Assembly: GCA_030141605.1 (NCBI GenBank)
Contig: JAQGDQ010000933.1
Location: forward strand, 1-64,000
Length of the DNA stretch: 64,000 nucleotides
DNA from: Tubiluchus corallicola
Taxonomy: Eukaryota > Animalia > Priapulida
Direction: 5' to 3'
Numbering within the stretch: position 1 is the stretch's first letter; each line of letters begins with the position of its first letter. Below the pieces are notes generated by a model. It was not told the DNA's origin and ran no database searches. It worked only from the letters and a program-made list of their open reading frames with translations. Made by a program: the position numbers and the translations under genes. Below are positions 39,301 through 50,800 of this stretch, piece after piece.

Positions 39301-40506
39301 GATGGAGAAGAAACCAACAATTCTTCGCTTCATTCTAAATCATACAGTCAGAATGGATCTGACGTACCTCTTGTTAGCTTTTCAGAACTTTCCAATCTTT
39401 CTCGATGGGACTGCAGAAAAACTGCTGTGTGTTATGTCCAAAACAAACCATTACATGAGCAATGCCGACGACATGACAAAAATTGCCAAAAACAACAACT
39501 ATGCTGTTTTATTTACAAGCGATTGTTAGAAACACAAAGGAATATGATAGCGTTTTTCCTTTTGTGTAAACAGCTTAATCCAAAAAAAGGTATTTTCTAC
39601 AATATGCGTGTGATATATGGCAAAGAATTTGTTACCGTTTCTAGATATTTCCATGTAAACCACGTATTTTCTATTTTGGAATACACAGAGGACAGAGAAA
39701 TTATTAAGAACCACGCCCTTAGAATTGGGGATCTGCAAAGAACGTCCACAAAGACAGTAAACTTTGTTCTTCCTCTTTATGAGAGATATCACACTTTTCA
39801 AAAATTTCTGAAAATCTTTACAGTCATATGCTTAGAGAAGCAAGAGTCGGCAACTTTGACTATTGTACATTTTCGTGATAACGTTTATCAGCGGAAAAAA
39901 ATTTTTGATTTGGTTGCCAATCTCCAACATGCTTACCCAGATTTTAGAGTTATGATTATCAATTCGAATTTGAAATTTTCACGTGGACTGGCTTTTGACA
40001 TTGCTACAAAGTATTTTGAAGATAATGACTTGTTGTTTTTTGTGGATGTAGACATGGATTTTAGCAATACGTTTCTTACAAGAGCACGTTTATCTACTGT
40101 GCAGTATCAACAAGTTTATTTTCCAATTGTTTTTAAGGAATTTAAACTTCAGCCTAAAAATATTGCACGAGAAGGTGCATTATTGTTTGATAAAGAAGGA
40201 TTCTGGAATGACTATGGATTTGGTATGGTGTGTTTGTATAAAAGTGATTATAAAACTGTAGGTGGTTTTAACCTCACAATTCAAGGATGGGGAAAGGAGG
40301 ACGTCGATTTTTTTGAAAAAGTTGTTACAAGTAATTTAACAGCATTTCGAGCCCCAGATGTAGGGCTTGTGCATAAGTATCACAAGAAAGTGTGTGATCA
40401 CAAACTCGACAGAAGGAGGCTAATTCATTGCAAGAATTCAATGTCAAATGCAATAGGATCACAGTTGGTGTTATCTGAAATTGTTTTCAGTTTCAGGGAA
40501 ATATAA
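33344..40506 (+). CDS. Chondroitin synthase (CHSY)-like glycosyltransferase; exons 33344-33854, 38393-38542 and 39059-40506, 702 aa
   Basis: Two phase-1 GT-AG introns give an open 2109-nt frame; TM anchor, fringe-like N-terminal domain, C-terminal GT7 motifs FSRGLA, FFVDVD, VYFPIVF, GFWNDYGFGM and GWGKEDVD. Confidence 0.88.
34865..35326 (-). pseudogene. Divergent TATA-binding-protein-like ORF with one in-frame TGA (35096-35098)
   Basis: Two TBP-type repeats: TVNIVAT..RLNL..TLLIFASGSLVTNG..E..LRNA and RLNLDALY..YEVELFPKL..LNIFHT. Confidence 0.8.
35330..35780 (-). pseudogene. Polinton-associated putative DEDD/RNase H-fold exonuclease, frameshift at ~35580
   Basis: ITIDAF..YQVKNL..FKPPHPW..YLTWHIHG-ILWEKG..YEEL..IL..YVKG.E..VEDLE pattern, recalled from invertebrate Polinton-like elements. 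Confidence 0.6.
35773..36065 (-). pseudogene. Small basic hypothetical protein of the same element (frameshifted)
   Basis: RGGKRANARKSAPNK segment; an alternate frame ends VNNHKQIVIEGKLVVDGVEGTPIVTDV*, overlapping the next ATG. Confidence 0.35.
37400..37920 (+). mobile_element. Highly decayed Gypsy reverse transcriptase
   Basis: SNPTLLVKK, FDIRNCF and MPVDNEDRAKTA remnants in order. Confidence 0.55.
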
Positions 40507-42154
40507 GAAACATGCCAAAAACTATGGTACTAAAGATTGCTTCAATTCAAGATTTCTAGCCAACGAGCTAACTCACTAGACTTGAACGCCCGGCTAGTAT
40601 GTCATATGCAAATAGCTCGCCAGTAACTTAGTAACTTGCGAGAGTGTTCAGACTAAGCAGCAAAGTTTGCTGCGGCCTGCTTTCCGAAAAGTACTGATTC
40701 TCTGCAAAACTCGTGGCAGAGCTTGTGATAGCTCATCAAATGTGACTGTAAAAAGAGAACCTGCATTTCACATTTCCTACATAATCCGTAGTTCTGGGCT
40801 AAGTTTTCTATTTAATTTACATAAAATTTACAATTTCGTTTAAAAAATTGTCCAAACCAATTTACATTAATGATTTAAAGCCATCTAAACCAATATAACA
40901 TATTTCAGCGGGTGACACAAATTTATTTTTTTCATCCACTAACGCACCCTAACAAAATATAATCACACTTAATAGTGTTGCAAACAATATCAACATAGCT
41001 TAAAAACGAAACAATCTATGAAACATTCGAAAACTAAATATATAATATTTAGAGCCCGTGGTGAAAATTTGCAATTAACAGGCAACATGAATGTTTTGTT
41101 GCAACAATTAATGAATTTTTGGACTGGCAATCGCACTAGATATGTATGGTGCATATGTATAGTAATGGCGCTAGAAATTAAAAATAAATGTTTGTAAAAA
41201 AATCTGTGACTTATAACATATGATCTCATTGTACATATTAGCCTAAATCTACCATTTTTAAGCTATTGTTCTACTCTGTCGGAAGCTATATATAAAGCTA
41301 TATATATATATATATATTAAATTCTACAAGAACATTGCACCACAAATTATTAGACCAATTTATTACTTAGTTAAATGTACCCACATCAACAATCTGTATT
41401 TTTCACAATAATCACAATAAACAAACAGTTACTATTAGATGACAGAGTAGATTTGCATATGTCAACTTAAATGTATAAAAATAATAACAACTTGAATCCA
41501 AACTTCTTCCAAAATCAGAAAAAAGCATTAGATATTATATTCTAATTATGATAGTTTATGATGCCAATCTAATTTATGTTACCTACTGTAGAACAAATCA
41601 GTCTAAACATTCTATTACATATACAGGGCCATAATAATGGAACACTTTAGGTCCTACTATTAAATATGCTGTATCGGTTTGAAGAATCAAATTTTGTTGT
41701 AAGTCAGAAATGTTTAAGAGTTATAATAATAATTAATGTCTTAATTAGTATTGGTTAATACATTTAAAAATGTATATCATTATCGCATTAGCAGAACATA
41801 ATTTTAGCTTAATAATTCTATCGGTTGTTCTTATTACTGATCCAAATAAAGAGCTATATTATATCAGTATAGGAATTAGCTGAACTTGACTTACCAAGCT
41901 AAAACAGATATGCACAGGTGAGTGATAAAAATTTGTACATGCTAAAAAATGTATATAAATGCTATAATATTTGAGGAATAGGGAATAATAGCAACACCAG
42001 CAGCCACTCTTCCATCTCCATAATTCAAAAAAATGCTTTGCCCAAGAACTGCTGACACAGAAAGCATTTTTTAATGTTTGCACCATACTAAGCACCATAT
42101 TTGCTAAGAATGTCATTTAGCAACCATAATTAACTGGTGTGAAGAATTTGACAG

Positions 42155-45100
42155 GCATAGACATAGACATATAGACATAGAACATTTATTTTCTCCATTT
42201 GTTTGACATGACAAGCTTTTTTAAATATTACTTAATTATAGTAGCGGAGCAGGGCAGGGAAGGACCATAGGGTCATCTAGTCTCCTGCCCTGTCTTATAA
42301 TTAAATTAGTATATTAAAAGTAAATGGTGAGACTGCGGATAACAAAATCAAATAGGAAAAAAAATAATAATAAACAGTATAAATGAAAACAAAGTATAAA
42401 TGAAAACAGTATAAGTGAAAACAAAAAAATAATAAAGTTAGATGACACCTAAATCTAAACAAAACAATACAATTAATACAAGTAATTATGATTATTATAT
42501 ATATTTTCAAATAGGGCCTTATTGACAGGGGATTTTGACTGTATGGAGAGATAAAATAAGTATCAAAAAAAGTGTAATATAGAAAATTTAAGAGAAAAAG
42601 TAAGTGTAAGAAAGAGCAACAATTACTTAGGAGATGAGAAAAAAAACACTTGATAGCTTGCTTATTAGTCTTACAAGTTATGTATTACAGGTATTTTCAT
42701 TTAGTAAGAATTTTGTGTATTTTTTGGAAGCAGAAAATAAGCTACCTCCAAAGGTATCTTTTGGCAACGAGTTCCATAATTTAACTCCTCGTGATTTTAA
42801 GCTATTGAAACCATGTCGGGTAAAAAATCTCTCCACAAAATACTGTTCATTAGAAGCAGCTCTTGTGGAGTAGGAATGTATATCAGAAACATTAGTGAAA
42901 TATTCACTAAAAAGTTCGGGTAATAAACCAGCATTGAATTTATACATAAATTTGAACAACTCAAGATTGTAAATATCTTTTACTTTTAAAATTTCTAATT
43001 TTACGAACGATGGTGTAGCATGATCATATTTGCGAGCAAAAGTTATTAGTTTTACTATTTTGTTTTGTTGTGTCTGTATTAATTTTTGAATTGATGCAAA
43101 AGCCGTACCCCATGTTAAGATGGAATATTGTAAATAAGGGAAAACTAACGAATTATATAGAAGTTTCAGAATATATTGGTCAACGTAGTGCCTTACTTTT
43201 AAAATTATTCCAGTAATTCGACTTAATTTGTATGTTATGTGTTTTATATGTGGTTCCCATGTTAATTTATTATCAATGAGTAGGCCCAAGTATTTGATGT
43301 TGTCTGTTTCTTCAATTTTGTGTTTGTTTATTATAATATGAAATTTTGGATTATTAGCATTGTTAATTTGCTTATTGTTGATTATCATAAATTTGGTTTT
43401 TTTGTAGTTTGTTTGCCCTCATCCACAGGTCTATTTTTTTCATTTCGTCATTAACAGATTTTTGCAGATTATTTATATTGGAGTCAGACATGAACAAATT
43501 AGTGTCATCGGCAAATATTCGGGTTCGAAAGTTGCTGCATGTGGGAAGATCGTTAATATAAATTAAGAATAGAAGAGGTCCTAAATTAGAGCCTTGTGGC
43601 ACTCCACACGATATGTGTTTATAGTCTGATGATACATTGTTAATAGATATGAATTGTTTTCTGTTAGTTAGATATGACTGAATTAGTTGCAAAGGTAGAC
43701 CTCTGATGCCATAATGGTTTAGTTTGGCTATTCGTATACTATGCTGTACGGTATCAAAAGCTTTTGATAAGTCTAAAAATATTCAGCAATTCAGTAATTT
43801 TTTGTCAGTGTCTAGAGAGATCGTGTCTATTAATTCGGATACAGCAAGGGCAGTTGAATAATTTTTTCTGAAACCAAACTGGTATTTACTTAGGATATTA
43901 CTTTTCACAACAAACTGGTATAATCTCTTGTAAATTAGCCTCTCAAAAACTTTTGATACTGGTGATAAGAGAGATATTGGTCTGTAATTGCCAGGTTCAT
44001 GTGGAGAGCCAGTTTTATATAAAGGAATAACTTTTGCTATTTTTAATATATTTGGAAAAGTTCCAGCATTAACCGATTTATTAAACAGTAATGTGAGTAT
44101 TGGTGAAATTATTTGACTTGCAGATTTAAAAATAGATATTGGTATATTTCGTTGTCCTGGTGATTTGTTTGAATTAAGTGTGTTTAAAAGTGTGCATGTT
44201 TCATTTTCAGTAATAGGATTAATGAAAAAAGAATTTGGGTTAGGGTTTTTTAAAAAGTCTGTAAAATTAACGTTAGGTTTAGGTATTTTGGCAGCCATGT
44301 CAGGGCCTATATTTACAAAAAACTCATTTAGTTTACTGGCAATATCATATGTATCTGTATAGTCCACATTATTTATTGTTAACTTACTTGGTGTTTGTCG
44401 TGTTTTTGGATCAGTTTTTATAATACTGTTTATTGTTTCCCAAGTTTTTTTCATGTTATTCTTGTGTTTTTGCAATGTTTCAATGTAATATTGTTTTTTT
44501 GATGATTCTTTGACATGATTTAATTTATTTGAGTAGGATTTGTAGTAGATTTGTTTGTATAAAACATATTTGAGAGTTTGTGTGATTTGTAAAGACGTGA
44601 TCTGGTTTTAATACTATTTAAAATTCCTTTAGTGATCCATGGTTTTTGAAATGTAATAGTGTCTTTCCTAGACAGAGTTTGCAAAGGAAAATGATTATTA
44701 AACACATTGAAGAGTATTTCATTAAATTTGCTAAATCCCTCATTAGTTTCCAAGTCATTAAAATTTATTTTGGCTAATTCTAGCTGCAGGTTATTTAAAA
44801 AATTTTGTTCAGTTGAATTTTTAAAATTTCTTGTGGTGATTTTGTTGGATTTCATTTTCAGTTTAGTATGCTTTATAATTGCAAATATAGGAAGATGGTC
44901 GGCTACTTGATAAAGCAAAATTCCAGGTGTTACGTGGTTGGTGAGGTCATTTGTATAAATATGATCAATGAGTGTATTAGTGTGATGAGTTATTCTTGTT
45001 GGTTTAGTCATAATTGGCACAAAATTATTAGAGAATAACATGTTTGTATAATTTGTCACTGAGGTTTTGCTGTCACTATGTAGTAAATTAATATTTATGT

Positions 45101-45435
45101 CACCGCATATATATAGCAAAATTTCTTAGTTCTGTTAATTAAGGATAATTTGCTTTCTAGTTCTTCATAAAATTCTTCAAGGTTAGTATTTGGGTGCCTG
45201 TAGATGACTCCAAATAAAATGTTTTTGATGTTGGGTGGAGTTTCTATTTCAATCCACATATTCTCCAGTTGCATATGGTTTGTGGAGCCATTTTTACAGT
45301 CTGAGTTTCTGATATACAATCCCACACCACCTGCATTGGTTGTAGAATCGTCACGAATAAATTGATACCCAGGTAAGGGTGTGAGAAAAATATGATCTTT
45401 TTTAAACGGGTTTCACTTAATGCTATAATGTAGGC
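42155..45435 (-). mobile_element. 5'-truncated L2/CR1-group LINE with APE endonuclease and RT, several frameshifts
   Basis: IALSETR, GVIYRHP, ICGDININ, TLIDHIY, DHLPIF, NYRPISLL, QFGFR, GVPQGSNLGPLLF, FADDT and KYLG motifs; 3' UTR with stem-loop, AATAAA and (CTATGT)n tail. Confidence 0.95.
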
Positions 45436-46369
45436 TATAAGGCTGCGACCCTGTTACAGGAATTCACTTATATATAAGCGAAACCAGTTTTGTATTAGCT
45501 TCTTTTAGTTCTGTTCGGTCTAGTACTTTGTTGTTTCCACTAATATGTTGTGATATTTTTCGCAACTAAATAAAACTTACGTTTCTTTATCATTAATTTA
45601 TCGTGTTCGAGTTTGCTCTGCGCCATTAACTGTGCACATTTTTGTTGTTTATTCCTAAGCGACTGTTATTCCAGCCTTGGCATAACACAGAGCTAGTCAT
45701 AGTTAGTTAAAAATTAAAAGTAAAAACAATTAAATATTTGAATATAGCTACACAATGATTGCAAACTTTGTCTGCTTGTTTCTACAAACCACGCACTAAA
45801 CTTTGCTAACGAGTTTCGAATTACACTAGAAGTTCGCACCTGTTAAATAACTAACCTCAATTTAGGTGATTTAAAATTACAAAATATAATTTGAAGCAAA
45901 ACATACGTTAACAAACTGCATTTTGCGAAACCTGAACTACTGGTCAACATACAATAGCCAAAATAGTTATACCTCAATAAATCTTGTTGACACCCAGTAA
46001 ATGGCATTTGACTAGACAGTACAGTAAACAGCTTAAGAAATAGGTAAATTATGTTTACAGGCAAACTACCAAAAGATGGCCTCCGAAAGATACTACTTCT
46101 TTCTAGATTGCATAGTATTTTTCTGTTTGTGCATAGTTTGTCTGTATTTTTCAGTATCACACAGTATCTGAATATTTCTGCAGCACTCACAGTGTCTTGT
46201 GAGACTCTCTAAATCTGTCAGCAGCACTCAGAGCCTCAAAAAGTTTCTGTAAATCTGAATTTGAAAATTTTAAATTTGAAATTTTGGAAAAAGACAAAAA
46301 AAAATTACGTTAGTGACGCCACAAAGTGCGATTTACTCTGTAAAATCTTTTTAGCATTGGTCACCTGCA

Positions 46370-46565
46370 AGATACAGTGTTCGATGATGAGTGGGAAGCT
46401 CGTGTAGATCAATTTGTAAACTCAGTTAATTTTTCAACAGCCAACACAGATGGCACCAATTCAGCATTCACTATGTCTGAACTGGTCAAAGCAATTAAGC
46501 AAGCTCCTAGTGGAAAAAGTGCAGGTAATAACCCGATCATGATAAAACACTTTGGCTTTTGATCA
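46370..46565 (+). mobile_element. Short LINE RT N-terminal fragment
   Basis: FTMSELVKAIKQAPSGKSAG. Confidence 0.6.
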
Positions 46566-48046
46566 AAGTGTATTATCTTAAGTCTAAGCACCCTCTGTTT
46601 ACACAATTTTTCCCCAACCATGCAAGGTGAATTCAGCAAATTTTAAATTTCAAAATGTAAAGCAAATAGAATGTCACTTATTCAGGGATTTAATTAAAAT
46701 AAAAATTGTGCAAAGAAGGAGCATCACAGAAATAAAAAAGGTTAAACTTGTTTTATACTACACACACGAAATCATTTAGCAGCAAATTTTTAGACTGCGT
46801 TGCCTAACTAACTTATTTGTATCATTTTGGAAAAACGTTGAAAAGCCTCGCTTAAATTATGTTAACTTTTCGACTTGGTTGAGTCTCCACCACAGCAAAA
46901 AGACCAATATCCATGCTGATACAAAAGTCTAGTCCAAGATTTTTAACTGATAATTTTTACGTAACTCTCATCCTTCAAGGTACACATACTACTGAATAGA
47001 GTTGGAATGGTCGTATTTAGCAGATAAACCAAATAGCCATTTAATTGTAACATCACAATAACACAATCAATAATACGCCAACATCCTACATAGTGCTCAT
47101 TTGTAACACAAAGCCAGTAGCAGGTTTTACTGAATTAAAGTTAAAAGGTTATAAGCAGAGTACAATGGATGACGTCACAACAATTGCGTTGCATCAGCAC
47201 TTTTTCAAGCAAAATTGCCAAAAATGGCAACTCGTCGCCACACTTCTTTGTGCACGGAATATTTCGTTAGACGTGATCTAGAATATCTCTGGTAAATGCA
47301 CGATGCAGCTCTAAATTTCCCACTCATTCTGGAGTGTACGTCACCCAGGTTTTTGCTATTATCACACTATGTGAAGGACCACTTGCAGTGAGTGTGTGAG
47401 CTACGTGATTCTTTGTCACCCGTTTAGGATTGGCATGAAGCTGAGGCTGACCCAGTCCAACAAGGACTACATCTCTCTTCTCAAATTCTACATGGGAATG
47501 GTCAATTTTGTAAAATGTCCAGAAATTGAATGCCCTTATAAAGTGAACTTCCTTTTTGTAAAACTAAAATTCGTTGTTCAAACAATTTAGTTCCAGCTCT
47601 AGACCATCGATTTGTAACTATCTTTAAATTTGAAATACCTTTAAACGATGATACAGTGTTGGCGACATATGTACTTTATCACCCGTTGATCCATTGTCAG
47701 AGCAAAACTTTTTAATATAGATGAACTGTATCTAAGTATTTATCTAGCTGCCATATTTACAGGTGCTTGTAATAATCTATCAGTAAGTACATTCAGTATA
47801 CAGAACATTCAGTAACATTCAGTAACAGTAAGCAACCAAAGTAAAATTAAGTAACACACTGAGGGTTCAAATTTAAAATCTACATAGTAAAGACTGGACA
47901 TTAAAAAGTCTCAAATTTTCAGAAATAAAGTAAACATGATGTTACGGAAACCTGCTATCCACTGTTACAATTATCATTGTTAATATTATATTTTTCGTCA
48001 TCATATTCTTTCTCATTATAATCAGGCAGCATTGAAAACGTAGGAA

Positions 48047-48911
48047 CTATATTTTTCGAAACAAATCATACCTAAAAGTGTAATTGAATAAGAGAAAATC
48101 TAAATAATATTTTTCATAAATCATTAAACCTAATTTTAAAGGAATGACATCATAATATTTTTCTAAAAGATTGTCTGCACTGTTGTTTTTTACAATTCCT
48201 TTTATTATGGAATTAAACTGCTTTGACGAAGAAAGATTATTCAGAAACTGTACTGATTCTCTGTCCACATTTTCTAATTTACCAATAAAATCGTATTTTA
48301 TAAAACACACGTTACACAAGTCAACATACCTCGCCCAGTGTTCATTCAATGCCGTGTTCTTAGTTTGTGTAATGTACAGTAAAAATTGCTTGAAGGTTGG
48401 TATCCAATTTGGTGATAATAGTGTTGCTTGTGTAGATTTGTCATAAAAAAACTTGTAAATGGGTTTGATGAAAAGAGAGCTTCCTGCCTCTATTTTGTCC
48501 CTGTAGCCAGACAGAAGTCGTGTTAACGGTTCTCTGACGAATAAAAACTTCGTAAAATTATCTAACGTATAGTTTCGATCATTTTCCTCAAATACTTTAC
48601 CAAATCTTAGTGAGTACATTTCATGGTGGATATACTCAGGTTTAACAGTTCTATTCGAAGCTAATTTCATCAAAATGATTTTCCACATTGTACTTCCTGC
48701 CTTTGGTAGTAAGCGCAGTAAAACAGCTTATATTTAGGCACAGAAAAGGCTTCTTTAAGCCAACGGCTTGAATCCATGACATATGCTGAGGCGCTAGATT
48801 CTCCTCCTTGGATTTTCTCACAAATATCTCTTATAAGCATTTTTCTCCGATCATTAATCATATTTAAATCCTCATATGCAGTGTCAGGAGAAAGATCCGG
48901 CAAAACACTTC
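48047..48911 (-). CDS. Carbohydrate sulfotransferase (Sulfotransfer_2; CHST11-14/HNK-1ST-like) terminal exon with one frameshift at ~48712
   Basis: Acceptor ttttttttcttag at 48912; YKLFYC-LPKAGSTMWK (5'-PSB), KFLFVREPLTRLLSGYRDK (3'-PB), NEHW..CNVCFIKYDFIGKLE and YYLDFLLFNY motifs. Confidence 0.88.
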
Positions 48912-50289
48912 CTAAGAAAAAAAATTAAGTTTGTTAATTTACTTCTTTGACTATTTTTACAGTCTGTCAAAATATCAGTTGCTTTATTAACACAGTATTT
49001 AAGATTACTCGGTAATGCCTATCTTGACTGCAATAGAGCCTAAGACCCCGCGGGATTGCCACCAGCAGTTTAATACTGCGGTCAAGAATATAGCAACCTT
49101 TATATTTACTGCATGAAAGAGTGCAGTCAAACGTTGATGCCACTTTGCTGCAAAAATTTCTAGTGCTCATTATGTGCTGCATTGAAAAAAAATTACCCGC
49201 ACTACATTTAACACTACAAGGACAGTGCACATCAGTTGTTGGAATTATTTTCTATTTTGTGCATTTTTCAGGAAACTCTGTTTGATATGCTCCTTTGTAT
49301 TACTAACTGTATATCCAAGTCTAGTGCTAATTACTATAGCTACAGAGATTACTAATTAATTAATGCCCAAAGAGTACACAAACTGTGATTAGGCAAAGCT
49401 ATGGCTTATATGCTAAATTTCCTATTTAATTTTTTTCAATTTCTTAATTAATGTTCTTCAATTTTTTATTGAATTTTGAAAGCAACAGCCAACATAAAAG
49501 TCCGTTGTTTTATTCTCCATTTTCAGTCTATGGACGAAATTTTTGCGAATTAATAGATAAAGTAATTGGATTAAGTCACTTGCACATGTAAGGAAACTCA
49601 TACTAACAGTGAATGAGTTTCCTTATAATGAATAACTTTGGCGTTATTAGCACGCTAAAGTTAATTTTTTGCACCTGGGAGCAAACTATGTGTGTTTACG
49701 TAACATTAGCACAAGTGAGCAATAAAATGAACAGATTTAATGTTTATAATTTTGAACCTTAAGAAAAATGCAAAAATATTATTAGCATTTTTGCGTATCA
49801 TTAAAAATAGTCATATATTTATCTCACTGATTCCACTATAACGACATTATTTTAGTACCGCAAATTATTAAATTTCTATATTAAGTTGAATTATACAAAA
49901 ATAGAGCTTCTAACTTCCAAACCACAAAATTTGCCACGCTATGCAAAATCTGACATAATGCAGAAACAAATTATATTAAAACTTATACGGAGGAAAAGTA
50001 CCTAAGCCATATTTCAGCAAAAGACAAAATGGACGATACGGTTCGGTGAGGTATGTCAGAAATATGAAACCAGTAAGACTTTTGTGCCTCATAATTAATC
50101 TTTGTGGTCGCTAAAGTCAATTTGGAGGTGCTGAATCAAAGAAAGTTAAGCACCATTTTTCGTGCACATCTTTTTCAACCTTCATGGATTTTAAAAATGG
50201 CCGCCACAATTACTTAATAATTAAGCAGTTTTTTCTCGGTTTCTCATACAATTTTGAGTTAGGTTCACTTTTTCACAAAATATGGAGGT

Positions 50290-50800
50290 AGGGTGGGCAT
50301 GGCCTTATCAAGTCATTATGGTATCCTCTGCTGATAGCTCTTCCCCGCCAAAATATATATAGTAATATTACCACAGTATCGCGAAATTTGCAACAGCCTT
50401 AATGTTACAGTCCAACAAAGTATATACTTAAAAAAGTTGGCAACATAACTGCACCCTGCCTGACACCGTTTCCTACTGTGATATTATGACATCTAAGCCC
50501 AGTCCTTTTGGTAATATACATGTTTAACAAAACTAATAATATTTGCAAAGTAAATTTTCTGAATTGTAAACAGCTTCATGAATTTTACCCTATCAAATGC
50601 TTGATTCGTATCAAGTAATGTATATAGGATTGAGTTCGCCTTTTTAGTTAACACTTGGCTGTCTCCTTCAGAACAAAATTACACATTGTAATTGATATTT
50701 TTGGCTTAAAACCGATTTTTAATTTCGAATTTTATCAGAGTGTTTTACCAAATTTATCAGTGTGTTTTATATTAGTGTAACCCAGTCTAGTATTTTCAAA
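50290..50800 (-). mobile_element. Degenerate LINE reverse transcriptase
   Basis: LKILDW, GFKPKISITMCNFVLKET, LLDTNQAFDRV and GNGVRQGAV motifs. Confidence 0.8.
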
